A stretch of DNA of 64,000 bases, filler included, from Chrysochromulina tobinii (GCA_001275005.1; 6 parts of 6 records of this genome joined end to end with filler, not necessarily neighbours in it); one strand, 5' to 3'. Positions 8,741 to 19,139 are shown, counted from the whole stretch's first letter. Notes: generated by a model not told the origin, from the sequence alone. Made by a program: numbers and translations.

Positions 8741-11700
8741 ATGAAAGTGGCCATGTGCATCCTTCTAGCTTGGGTGGTTGGGTCGAGCGAGGGCAATGAC
8801 GATTGGGATGAACCCGTCGCAGATCAAGAAGATCCGGGCAGAGGAGCGCGAGCGGAGTGTCGCTGTCAGGCGCGCCTGGACGTGCAACTCGTGGTACCTT
8901 TGCTTCTCGAGCGCGATCATCGCCATCGCCTTCATCCACCCGCTCCTTTCATCGACGGGCTGAGAAAGGGCATGCGCCAGGACTTTGAGATCGCGTTCGA
9001 GGAGCTCTTCATCGAGGGCAAGCTCTGGGACGCTGGCGTCAAGTCCTCGTTCCCGTACGGCCAGACGAATGCGAACGAGGACGCTGCGGGCGACGGGCCC
9101 GTCGAGGAAGCGGCGAAAAGGGACGGGATACCTTTGCGGTGGGTGGAGCGCTTCGACGGCGGCGCACTCGTGCTGCTCTGGCTCGGGTTGCTCGGGTTCA
9201 TCTTTGCAGTTTGCTCGGAGCAGGATCGGTCCAGCCGGAACAAGCGCTTCGCAATTCGGTCGAAAACCAATCGCTCCCACCGTAACAAGTGGTTCGAACT
9301 GGCCTTGCTCGCGCACATGGTCCCGCGCGTCGCCGACGCACAGAGCGCCTACTTTGCCGTCACCTCTGGCCGTTGCACCGTCGATCCGAGCGCGTGGAAC
9401 TGCATTCGCTCGCCCAACTTTCCGTATGATTACGTCAACAGTCAGACGTGCTCCATCACGCCGACTGCGCTCGCCATTGGAAGGCCTTTGACAGCGACCT
9501 CCTTCATTACGGAGTCTTGTTGCGACTACCTCCGCATACCTAGCCACCCGTCGGGGACGTTGACGGCGTTCTCAGGATGGACCGGACCTTCCAATTTCAT
9601 CTTGGGCCCGGGGACGATCCAATGGTCTTCAGACAGCAGAGTCACCCATACCGGCTGGCGAGTGTGCGCGGGCTCGGCGGGCTCGGCGGGCTCGGGCGGG
9701 ATCGCTCGACTTGTGGAGCTCACTCGCAGCGGCAGCGCGGTGGAAAAGGAGAACGCGGCGGCGGAGCTGTCGACCCTTGCCTACAACAACGCCGACAACC
9801 AAGTGGCGATCGCGCGCGCGGGCGGGATCGCTCCACTCGTCGAGCTCACTCGCAGCGGCAGCCTGGTAGCGAAGGAGAAGGCGGCGGGGGCGCTGTGGAC
9901 CCTTGCCTACAACGCCGACAATAGAGTGGCGATCGCGCGGACGGGCGGGATCGCTCCACTCGTCGAGCTCACTCGCAGCGGCAGCGCGGTGGCGAAGGAG
10001 AAGGCGGCGGGGGCGCTGTGGAACCTTGCCGTGAACGCCGACAACAAAGTGGCGATCGCGCGCGCGGGCGGGATCGCTCCACTCGTCGAGCTCACTCGCA
10101 GCGGCAGCGCAATGGCAAAGGAGCATGCGGCGGCGGCGCTGTGGAACCTTGCCGTGAACGCCGACAACAGCGTGGCGATCGGGCAGGCGGGCGGGATCGC
10201 TCCACTCGTCCAGCTCACTCTCAGCGGCAGCGCGGTGGCAAAGCAGAACGCGGCGGCGGCGCTGTGGACCCTTGCCTTGAACGACGACAACAAAGTGGCG
10301 ATCGCGCAGGCGGGCGGGAACGCCAACGACCAAGCAGCGATCGCGCAGGCGGGCGGGATCGTCACACTCGTCGAGCTCACTCGCAGCGGCGGCGCGGCGG
10401 CAAAGGAGCAGGCGGCGGGGGCGCTGTGGGTCCTTACACGGAACGCCACGAACAGCGTGGCGATCGCGCGCGCGGGCGGGATCGCTCCACTCGTCGAGCT
10501 CACTCACATCGGCAGCGCGGTGGCAAAGGAGAACGCGGCGGGGGCGCTGTGGAGCCTAGCCTTGATCGACGACAACAGCGTGGCGATCGCGCGCGCGGGT
10601 GGGATCGCTCCACTCGTCGAGCTCACTCACATCGGCAGCCCGAGGGCACAGGAGAACGCGGCGGGGGCGCTGTGGGTCCTTGCACGGAACGCCGACAATA
10701 GAGTGGCGATCGCACAGGCGGGCGGGATCGCTCCACTCGTCGAGCTCACTCGCAGCGGCAGCGCGGAGGCAAAGGAGAAGGCGGCGGCGGCGCTGCGGAA
10801 CCTTGCCGTGAACGACGACAACAAAGTGGCGATCGCGCGCGCGGGCGGGATCGCTCCACTCGTCGAGCTCACTCGCAGCGGCAGCGCGGTCGCAAAGGAG
10901 AAGGCGGCGGCGGCGCTGTGGAACCTTGCCGTGAACGACGACAACAGCGTGGCGATCGCGCAGGCGGGCGGGATCGCTCCACTCGTCGAGCTCACTCGCA
11001 GCGGCAGCGCGGTCGCAAAGGAGAAGGCGGCGGGGGCGCTGCGGACCCTTGCCGTGAACGCCGACAACCAAGTGGCGATCGCGCAGGCGGGCGGGATCGC
11101 TCCACTCGTCGAGCTCACTCGCAGCGGCAGCGCGGAGGCAAAGGAGAACGCGGCGGCGGCGCTGCGGAACCTTGCCGTGAACGCCGACAACAGAGTGGCG
11201 ATCGCGCAGGCTTGTGGGACACTCGTCGAGCTCACAGCGGCAGCGGGGGCACAGTTTTGGGGCTTGGTTCTGGTTTGCTTGCTTCTGGCTTGCTTCCCGC
11301 TGATGCATGCCTGTTGTTGCCTGCCAAAAAACCCGCCAGTGAAGATAGTCAAAGTTGCAGATGAGGAGGGGGAAAACACAGAATTGCTTCCAGTCGGGAC
11401 TGCCAGGAGCAACGCCGGGCATGCCATCGCGCCTCCACCGAGGTGGGACAAGGCGGCAGCAGAGAGGGCGCTGCCTCTGCCACTGATTGCCTTGCCCCCT
11501 GCCATCTTTCTCGACGTCCCTTTTCAAGTTGTGCGTGCCCTCGTGCTTCCTGATTGCTTGCGACGAAGCGCCGTGCTGGGCACCACGTGCTTTTCACTGA
11601 GTATCCTACTGCCCTGCCATTTCGAGGTCGACCGTTCTCAAGCGCCAAGTTGTGCGTGCTCTCGCGCTTCCACAGGGGCGAGGCAGAGCGGCGCGAGGCA

Positions 11701-13149
11701 GAGCAGCGCGAGGCAGAGCGGCGCGAGGAAGAGCGGCGTGAGGCCGAGCGGCGCGAGGCGCAGCAGCGCGAGGCAGCGCGGCGCGAGGCAGAGCGGCGCG
11801 AGGCAGCGCGTCGCGAGGCAGAGCGGCGCGAGGCAGAGCGGCGCGAGGCAGAGCGGCGCGAGGCAGAGCGGCGCGAGGTGCAGCAGCGCGAGGCAGAGCG
11901 GCGCGAGGAAGAGCTGCAACGCGAAGCGGAGGCCGCGGCGGAGGAGCTGCGGCGCCGAGCAACGGCGCTGGGGCTACTGCAGGTGCTCACGAATGCCGGC
12001 GTCGCCGACGACGCGACGTTGAAGAAGTCGATCGCGTGGTGCGACGAGGAGGGCGTGACGAACGTCTCCGACATTGTCAAGCACAAACTGGTCGACAAAT
12101 TTGTTCTCCATCTCGGCCTGAAGAATGTCCCCGGCATGGAGCTGCGCAGCTTGTTGCAACGCGCCCCGATGAGCAACCGCGGCTGGCCGAGCATCCCCAG
12201 CTGGTTGACGTCGTTCGGACTGCCGGTCGCGGGGAACGGGGCTGCCGACGAGAAGTATCAACGCGCACTGCAGGAGGACGGCTTCGCCCTCCGGGCTCTT
12301 CTGCCGGGGACCGATAAAAGCACGCTAAAATCGCTCGAGGCGCTGCTCAAGATAGATCGCCCAAAGTGGCTCGGCAAGGGCAACGACGTGTCGAAAACGT
12401 ACGGCCCGTATGACAAGCTGAAGCTCGCGTGTGCGTGGGAGGTCAACCATCCACTACTGCGATCCAAGTACACGGCCGGCTCACTCACGGTGCAGCAGGA
12501 GCTCAGGCAGCTTCAGAATAGGGGCAAGGATGTCACCACTGTGCCCGGCCTGCCCGTGAAGACGGCTCGCGTGCGCGGCTTCGAACTCTCGGAGGATTGC
12601 AATGAGGTCATTCTCTTGCATGGCGTCAACCGAGAGAAGCTGTTTAACCTGCTGTCTACGGGCCTGAACGAGCGCTTCGCCGGCATCGGTGCGGGCGCCG
12701 CCTTCGGCGCCGGCGTCTACCTCGCGGAGGACGCTGGCAAAACGGATCAGTACGTCAGCGCTGATAGCGCGTACGACCCGAGCAGTGAGCTGCACAAGCG
12801 GCTGTATGACGAAACCATGCCCCACCCGGAGGACGTCTTCTACGTTCTCGTGGTGCGCGCCGCCCTCGGCTTCCCCGTGCGCACGCAGCATACGGGCGAG
12901 GGGGCCACCTCGATGGACAATGAAGCGCCCATCTTCCCCGTCGCCTACCGTGAGCTCTCGGCGGTGCCGGGCGTCAATCCACCAATCTTCCACCATTCGC
13001 TGATTGCCGAGCTGGGCAAGGATATCGTGCGCTACCGCGAGTTTGTTTTCTTCCACTCCGACTACGTGCACATCGACTACGTCATCGCCTACCACCGCTA
13101 CAATGGCGACCAGAAGCTGCGCACGACAGTCTGTCCCGTATCTGTGTGA
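8741..13149 (+). CDS. Two-exon receptor-like protein: signal/TM - CUB - armadillo repeats - TM - coiled coil - SAM-like - PARP/tankyrase-type ADP-ribosyltransferase (exons 8741-11442, 11676-13149)
   Basis: CUB (CIRSPNFP..Y..C.I, F.TESCCDYLRI, WSSD.VT..GW); 12 full ARM repeats; TM FWGLVLVCLLLACFPLM; GT 11443...CAG 11675 joins the ORFs in frame; ART motifs NEVILLHG, FGAGVYLAEDAGKTDQY, HHS, YREFVFF. Confidence 0.8.
9695..11236 (+). repeat. Tandem array of ~123-nt units encoding 41-aa armadillo repeats (12 full, 1 internally deleted, 1 partial)
   Basis: Near-identical DNA scaffold GCGGGCGGGATCGCTCCACTCGTCGAGCTCACTCGCAGCGGCAGC repeated. Confidence 0.95.
11443..11675 (+). other. Phase-2 GT-AG intron joining the ARM ORF to the ART ORF
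   Basis: CCG AG|GTGGGA ... TTCCACAG|G GGC rebuilds the AGG (Arg) codon and moves into the ART frame. Confidence 0.75.
11680..11910 (+). repeat. 15-nt coding minisatellite (GAGGCAGAGCGGCGC)n, EAERR charged helix
   Basis: Direct tandem repeat of about 15 units. Confidence 0.9.
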
Positions 13150-13604
13150 GGCTAACTAGCAAGCATGGCAAGTTCTAGGCGCCGGCCACCGGCCCAGGTT
13201 ATGCGTGCGGGAGAGTCGGGAGCATAGCATGCGGTCCATGGAGCCGGCAGCCGGGACGTCGGTCGGTCGCGTGTGACGGCGAGCGTTTCCTCTCACGGAC
13301 ACCCGACCGCGGACCGGTCTCGCCGCGTAGTCCGCGGTCGTGGAGAAATAAAAATATCCTCTAACTGGTGGGTTCCAGCGCGATAGCGCTTGATTGGTTG
13401 TCTTCAGGGGAGAACGACGTCAAGGGCGGCAGGCGCAACAGCTCGACGTGAGCTAGATGCGCCGGCCGGGCGGGTGATAGAAACGGTCAAATTATGGGGC
13501 GCACGTCAATTGGGCGCATTTGCATGTAATCCATGAGTGCCGGCCAAAATGCATACTGTACTTACCAAATCGGGCAGAGCGTTCAGAACGTCGTGACGTC
13601 ACGA

Positions 13605-14561
13605 TCACGTCGCCCGAAGCGCGTCGCGCATTGTGTCCTGGTCAGCGGCTCCGCCGCGTTTGTCGTGCCGCGACTGGCGCCAGAAAAAGGCCGTCCCTTG
13701 CTCGGCTGTCTCGTGGGGCACTGCGCCAGCGAGGGGCGGCGCGGCTTCTTCCCATCCGTCGGCCGCTCGCAGCCGTCGGTTGACGGTCACCACGACCGTG
13801 TCGGCGGGCAGAGCGCTCGCGGCGAGCGCTGCGGAGAGCCGCTCGACATGCACGCCGTCAGAGGACTCGAATTTCGTGGCATACGCGTACACGACGGCGG
13901 CACCGGCGCAGGTCGTCTGCAGGGTCGCAAGGTCGTAGATGCTCCCGCGCACGGCGATAGCACGGGCGAGGGCCGGGTCGCTTGCACTCGCGATGGCGTA
14001 CGCGGCCGCTCCGATAGCATGCAATTCGGGCATCAGCTCGAGTGACGTGCATGCGCCACCCAGACGCACCGGCTCTTCTCGCGCAGCCGCAAGGGCCAGT
14101 GACCCCTTGCCGCCGCCGAGATCGCAAAAGCTGCGACGTGAGCCGGCGACCGGACTCACGAGGGCGAGCGCGGTTTGCAAGCACTGTAGGAAGAAGGAGA
14201 GGTCACTCTCTCCATAGATGAACTCGTCGCCGCCGTACGCATCGTCGTCGTCGTCAAGTGAGTCCATCGGCCTCGCCAGGGCGGCACCATCTTCGTCGTG
14301 GGCATCGATGGTGTCGTCATTATATGCCTGCGCATCCGTCTCCGGAAAGAGCACTGCCTCGTAGTCGATGGCATCGTAAGTAGCGGCGAGGAATTCTTCG
14401 CAGCTGAGCAGTGCAGTCCCAGCACATATGAGAGTCGATCGGCTGCTCAAGCTGATGGATTTGCGACCGCAGAGTGGCAGTGGCGAACATCGAGTCGGCG
14501 GCGGCGCGCTAGCTGGCGTCAACCAGCCGCTGACCGTCGTCGCGAATGCGAGAGCAATCAT
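13605..14561 (-). CDS. Class I SAM-dependent methyltransferase (DOT1-like), probably plastid-targeted
   Basis: IYGE...F, FCDLGGGKG (motif I), SLELMPELH, VRGSIYD; signal peptide plus Ser/Pro-rich leader. Confidence 0.75.
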   Translation of the reverse strand: MIALAFATTVSGWLTPASAPPPTRCSPLPLCGRKSISLSSRSTLICAGTALLSCEEFLAATYDAIDYEAVLFPETDAQAYNDDTIDAHDEDGAALARPMDSLDDDDDAYGGDEFIYGESDLSFFLQCLQTALALVSPVAGSRRSFCDLGGGKGSLALAAAREEPVRLGGACTSLELMPELHAIGAAAYAIASASDPALARAIAVRGSIYDLATLQTTCAGAAVVYAYATKFESSDGVHVERLSAALAASALPADTVVVTVNRRLRAADGWEEAAPPLAGAVPHETAEQGTAFFWRQSRHDKRGGAADQDTMRDALRAT

Positions 14562-14654
14562 TTCTTTTCAGACCAAAAAGATCGGGTGCTCGACTCGACG
14601 CGACCTGAAAAACACCAAACGCGCATGTTGGCACACGACGCCCGTTACACGGTC

Positions 14655-15569
14655 CTAGTACTTGAATACCTCGGCCTCGTGGAAGCCCGCCTCGGCAAGC
14701 AGCCCCGTGAGTGGCCCCTGGATCTTGGGCCCCTTGGAGCCATCGGCCTTCTTTGGGCCACGTCCCGTCTTGCCGCCCCACGTGTCCACGAAGCCATCTG
14801 TGCCGCACACGAAGATCATCGTCATGCCGTTGGGCGCGCCAGGCGGCGGCAGTGCGGACTGGATCATCGCCAATGAGCCACGCCCCGTGAAGCCGGGCCA
14901 GCCAGAGTACACGGGACCGGTGAGGCTGTAGGCCACCTGGAAGCGCTCCGGGTGCGCCGCGGCCATTGCGTCCAGCTCCGCTTTCATGAGGATGTCCTCT
15001 TCATGGCGATTGATGCTCAACATGCGCACCGTCGTGAGGTCGTGTGGGTCGTCGAGCACGATGCGTGCAATCTGGATGAGCGGCGCGATGCCCGTGCCGC
15101 CGCCTACGAGCCCGATGGCCCGCCATCGGCGGGTCACTTCTGCGCTGCCGTGCACCATGCGCTTCTTCTTCAGGGTCGCCTGCATGGTTTCACCAATTTC
15201 CAGATTGCAAATGAACGAGCCGACGCCACCGCCCGGCCTCGGCACGTACGCCTTGACCAGCAGGTCCACAACGCCCTCGAGCGCCGGGTGAGAAACGGGC
15301 GAGTAGCTCTTCTCGAGAACCGTTGGTGTACCAGCCTCGTTCGTACCGTCCGGGTATGCCACCGTGATGCAAGTCGGCAACGTCGGGTCCTCACCAAGGA
15401 AGCGTTTGGACGGCGGGAGCGAGAAGCGAAGCAGCCACGCGTCGGGACTCGTTCGAGTCTTGGAGAGGAGCGTGTATGGCAGTGGGCCGTCCACCGACGA
15501 GCACGCTGCCGTGCTCGTTGCGGCCGCCCGCGTCAGGGCGCACACGAGGACGCGCGAAGCTCGCCGCAT
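14655..15569 (-). CDS. NADH-cytochrome b5 reductase family flavoprotein
   Basis: KSYSPVS, DLLVKAY..GG..S, GLVGGGTGIAPLIQ, IFVCG, VFKY C-terminus. Confidence 0.92.
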   Translation of the reverse strand: MRRASRVLVCALTRAAATSTAACSSVDGPLPYTLLSKTRTSPDAWLLRFSLPPSKRFLGEDPTLPTCITVAYPDGTNEAGTPTVLEKSYSPVSHPALEGVVDLLVKAYVPRPGGGVGSFICNLEIGETMQATLKKKRMVHGSAEVTRRWRAIGLVGGGTGIAPLIQIARIVLDDPHDLTTVRMLSINRHEEDILMKAELDAMAAAHPERFQVAYSLTGPVYSGWPGFTGRGSLAMIQSALPPPGAPNGMTMIFVCGTDGFVDTWGGKTGRGPKKADGSKGPKIQGPLTGLLAEAGFHEAEVFKY

Positions 15570-15987
15570 GTGTGTGTCGTCAGCAATGGTTTTCTACCCA
15601 AAGTTCGTACCAAAAATATCGAGAGATACAATTATGAGCGTGGGGGACCGCATACCGGTAAAAAGACACCGGGGGGAGCCGGGACACACACGGGACACGC
15701 GGACGCACAAAGGCACACGGACCGCACAGACGAGCCTCACAACCATCCAAACCCACCAACAACACACAACCCGCACGTCAGCGCGACGACCAAAGCCGCG
15801 GCCGACCGCGTACGGTAGTCTGCCTGACTGTCAACAAGGGGCGCGCAAGTTTGAATTCAGAAGTGCCGATTTGGACAGCGCCCGTATGTATCATGCTGAA
15901 TTCCTAATATGGACCGCGTTACCGGTATTTGTCATGAAATACATCCGTCGGCGTCGGTGTGGCCGTGTGATCGTCCGCCCCTGTGCA

Positions 15988-17346
15988 ATGCGCTTCGTTC
16001 TGGTCGCATCTGTGGCTGCGACAGCGAGCGCGTTGCCGTGCGGCGCGCCGACGATCCTTGGCTTCTTCACGCCCAAGTGCGACGCGAACGGTCTGCTGCT
16101 CGCGCCCTTCGCCGGCGGCGTGCAGGAGGCGGTCGACCGCAGCGTGGCCTACTATGCGGCCGCGCCCTACGACCTGCCGCTGTCGCACAACTTCCAGCCC
16201 TTCGTCTGGGCCACATTCATGTCGGGCTTTGACTACTTGCCGACTTCATTGGACATCATCGCGGGAATGCAAGATGGCATGGGCCTGCTCAGCTACGTGA
16301 AGCTCTACAAGCGCGCCAAGGCCGGCCGCGGCGGCAACGCGACGGCCGCGCTTTCCGCCGCCGTTCAGCTCGGCGACTACCTCACAATCTGGGCGCTCAC
16401 GCCGGCACATGGCGTCTGGGCCAACGTCTCGCGCTCGACGGGCCTGAACATCGAGTGGCCGCTCAAGACCGCCTCGCAGGGCGATGCCGCCTTTGGCATC
16501 AACTGCATCGAGGTCGACCGCGTGGCCATGACCGCCTTCGCGCTGCTGCGCCTCTACGAGGCCGTGCCGACGCCGCGCTACCTCGCGCATGCCGTGCACT
16601 CGGCGCGCGTGCTCGCGGCCACACAAGTCGACGGCAACGCAACGGACGCGCCGTGGCCCTTCCGCGTCGACGCCGTCTCCGGTGCCTTTCTCAACGGCCA
16701 CAAGAACGGCGAGATGGCCTTTGCGCTGCGCCTCTTTCGCGCGCTCGCGGCGCCGCCTTACAGCATGCCCGAGTTCGCGCAGCCAGCTGCGCGGCTTTGG
16801 GCCTGGGTCCGCGACGTGCAGTTGCCCACGGCGCGGCCGGACGTAACGCCAGCAGAGTGCCTCTTTGTAAACTTCTTCGAGGACCGCACGACGACGCTCG
16901 ACAACAACCGCAATAGCTGGACGGCCATGGAGCTCGCGCGCCTGCTTGTCGAGGAGAAGGCGGCGCTCGACCCGGACTGGCAGGCGCACGTTGAGAGCAT
17001 CTTCGCGTACGTCCTTGCTCTCTTTGGCCACGCGTCAAACGTGGGCAATGCGACCATTGTGGGCGAGCAAGACGACGACAACAAGCCCTGGGGTGGTGCT
17101 AACTCGAAGCTCGCCGGCGTGGCCTCGCTCTACGGCTGCGCCTCAGGCAAGGCCGCCTTCAGCACACTTGGACGCCTGAACGCCTTCCACATGGCGCACT
17201 TCACCGATCCGACTGACGGAGGCCGCTCCGCAAACGCCTACGACGTCGACGTTGCGCCGACGCGCGGCGGGTGGACCCAGGATGCTTGGCTCGACGTGCT
17301 GCACAATCTGGTCGATCACCTCGAGGCCGAGGACGGCGTGTGCTGA
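15988..17346 (+). CDS. Secreted protein, probable alpha/alpha-toroid (six-hairpin glycosidase-like) enzyme
   Basis: Signal peptide MRFVLVASVAATASA; helical hairpin pattern ALLRLYEAVPTPRYLAHAV; PWPFRVDA motif. Function is inferred only. Confidence 0.5.
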   Translation: MRFVLVASVAATASALPCGAPTILGFFTPKCDANGLLLAPFAGGVQEAVDRSVAYYAAAPYDLPLSHNFQPFVWATFMSGFDYLPTSLDIIAGMQDGMGLLSYVKLYKRAKAGRGGNATAALSAAVQLGDYLTIWALTPAHGVWANVSRSTGLNIEWPLKTASQGDAAFGINCIEVDRVAMTAFALLRLYEAVPTPRYLAHAVHSARVLAATQVDGNATDAPWPFRVDAVSGAFLNGHKNGEMAFALRLFRALAAPPYSMPEFAQPAARLWAWVRDVQLPTARPDVTPAECLFVNFFEDRTTTLDNNRNSWTAMELARLLVEEKAALDPDWQAHVESIFAYVLALFGHASNVGNATIVGEQDDDNKPWGGANSKLAGVASLYGCASGKAAFSTLGRLNAFHMAHFTDPTDGGRSANAYDVDVAPTRGGWTQDAWLDVLHNLVDHLEAEDGVC

Positions 17347-17496
17347 AGCGCGCGAGGGAGAAAGTACAGAGAGTCAGTAGAGAGTCAGAGACCGTGTAGT
17401 TAACACCAGTATGCTACGCGCTCGACCGCTCCCAACCGGGCGTGTGCAGCGTGTACGGGTGATGCGGGTGGACGGTGGCGGGTGGTGCGTGTGCAA

Positions 17497-17653
17497 AGCG
17501 TGTATGGCAGTGGGCCGTCCGCCGCTGAGCACGCTGCCGTGTGCTCGGTTGCGGCCGCCCCGCGCCCGCGTCACCGGCGTCACGCCGGTCAGGGCTCGCG
17601 TAAGGGCGCGCACACGAGGACGCGCGAGAAGCATCCGACGCGTCACGCGCATG
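17497..17653 (-). pseudogene. Degenerate, insertion-rich copy of the first ~100 nt of the cytochrome b5 reductase gene (15469-15570)
   Basis: Shares AGCGTGTATGGCAGTGGGCCGTCC, GAGCACGCTGCCGTG, TTGCGGCCGCCC and GCACACGAGGACGCGCGA in the same order. Confidence 0.8.
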
Positions 17654-17726
17654 CACTGCCAGCATTGTGATGCATGCATCTGCATCCCAAATAGGATATG
17701 AATATAATAGTAGTTTGGTCTGATCG

Positions 17727-19139
17727 ATGATAGACATGCAGTCGAGACTCTACAGAGTCATCGCGAACCTCATCGTCCTAGCTTTGAGCGCCGCTGTTGC
17801 AGTCGCCACAGCCGTGTCCCTTGCTGCGACGCCCCCGAAGGATTGGCGGAATATACCAACGGGAGCACCGCGCCACCTAGTCGAAGGGGGTATCGGTGAT
17901 GCTGTCTCCGGAATGGTGCCAACGTTGCCAATGTTGCCAACAATGCCGATAGAGACTCTCGTCTACAAATGGGCCGTGCAGTACGCCCTCTCGACGGTCC
18001 TCTCGTCACAGTCGGGCGTGCGCGCCTTCACGCCGGCCCTCATCCTATCGCTCATGGCGATGGTCAATCCGGACGTCATCGAGCTCGACTCGAGCATGCA
18101 GTGGTTGCGCCATCCGGCCGCCGCCGCTGTGTTTTGTGTCCTCGCCGTGCTCGAGATCGTTGCCGAGTTTGTTCCTGCGGTCGACCACGTGCTGCACCAG
18201 ATCATGACCTTTGTGCATCCAGTCACTGGCATCATGATCGCGATTGCGCCCAAGCTCGGAGACGAGACCGTCACTGGCTTCGTGCAGGCTCCGATGGCCA
18301 TCTTCGATGGCGGCACGGTCGCGCTCATCTTCCACCTCATCAAGCTCCTGCTGCGCCTCTCCGGTTGCGGCTGCCTCTCGCCGGTCATCGCCGCCATCGA
18401 GACCACCGTCGTCGTGCTCGCCGTGCCTCTCGCCATCCTCTTCGGAGTGCTCGCGCTCGTGCTTGCCGTAGCGGTGCTGCTGGCCATCGTGCGCTGGCTC
18501 GTGCACACGTGCGTTCAGACGGGCCACGGGATTGAGGAGGCGCTCTTCGGGCCTCCGAACAACCCGGCGCGCCGCACTCTCAACTACATGCGGCGCGAGC
18601 ATCTCGTGCTCAATCTGGCGGTGCGGAGGCGTAACAAAGGGCTCGAACGCCCCGTGCGCGTCCTTCTACTCCTGGCCGTGCTCCTGTTCCAGCTGTACAT
18701 GGTAGGCGTCCTCGCGAGCGACGAGCTTCTCTCGCCACTCGGACGTGTGCTCCTCATCGCACTCGCTGCCATCCCGTTCCGCACCGCCTGTGTGCTCGTA
18801 CTCGGATGGGTGAGCCAGTGCGATCCGCCCGCCGCGCCACCAACGAAATCGTCGAAAGCGGACGAGCGTGATGGCGCCCCGACCTCGCTTTGTGCACAGC
18901 CGCGCGCCACGGTCGCCATCGTGCTCATCGTCGGGCTCGTCCTATGGCGCGCTGAGGTGAGGCTGGGTAGCGAGCACGTGCGCACCCCCGCCCAAGTGGG
19001 CGTTGACTACGTGTCCGCGATCGTCTTCGCGCTGTGCGTCTTCGAGCCGATGGAGCTCTTCGTGCTCCACCGCTGCTGCGGTAAGTGCTGCGCGTGCTGC
19101 TTCGATGACGGTGAGCTAGAGCCCCTCCTCTTAGCTTGA
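17727..19139 (+). CDS. DUF4126-like multi-pass membrane protein
   Basis: SGVRAFTPALIL...WL...LAVLEIVAEFVPAVDHVL...TFVHPVTG pattern; many TM segments; start uncertain. Confidence 0.7.
   Translation: MIDMQSRLYRVIANLIVLALSAAVAVATAVSLAATPPKDWRNIPTGAPRHLVEGGIGDAVSGMVPTLPMLPTMPIETLVYKWAVQYALSTVLSSQSGVRAFTPALILSLMAMVNPDVIELDSSMQWLRHPAAAAVFCVLAVLEIVAEFVPAVDHVLHQIMTFVHPVTGIMIAIAPKLGDETVTGFVQAPMAIFDGGTVALIFHLIKLLLRLSGCGCLSPVIAAIETTVVVLAVPLAILFGVLALVLAVAVLLAIVRWLVHTCVQTGHGIEEALFGPPNNPARRTLNYMRREHLVLNLAVRRRNKGLERPVRVLLLLAVLLFQLYMVGVLASDELLSPLGRVLLIALAAIPFRTACVLVLGWVSQCDPPAAPPTKSSKADERDGAPTSLCAQPRATVAIVLIVGLVLWRAEVRLGSEHVRTPAQVGVDYVSAIVFALCVFEPMELFVLHRCCGKCCACCFDDGELEPLLLA

Noticed and set aside
9629..11527. 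Long antisense and alternative-frame repetitive ORFs over the ARM array, and similar shadow ORFs across the window
   Set aside because: Expected from high GC and codon periodicity; no independent motifs
11443..12022. ARQSG-repeat C-terminus of the 1110-aa ORF
   Set aside because: Read-through of the intron into the wrong frame of the EAERR minisatellite
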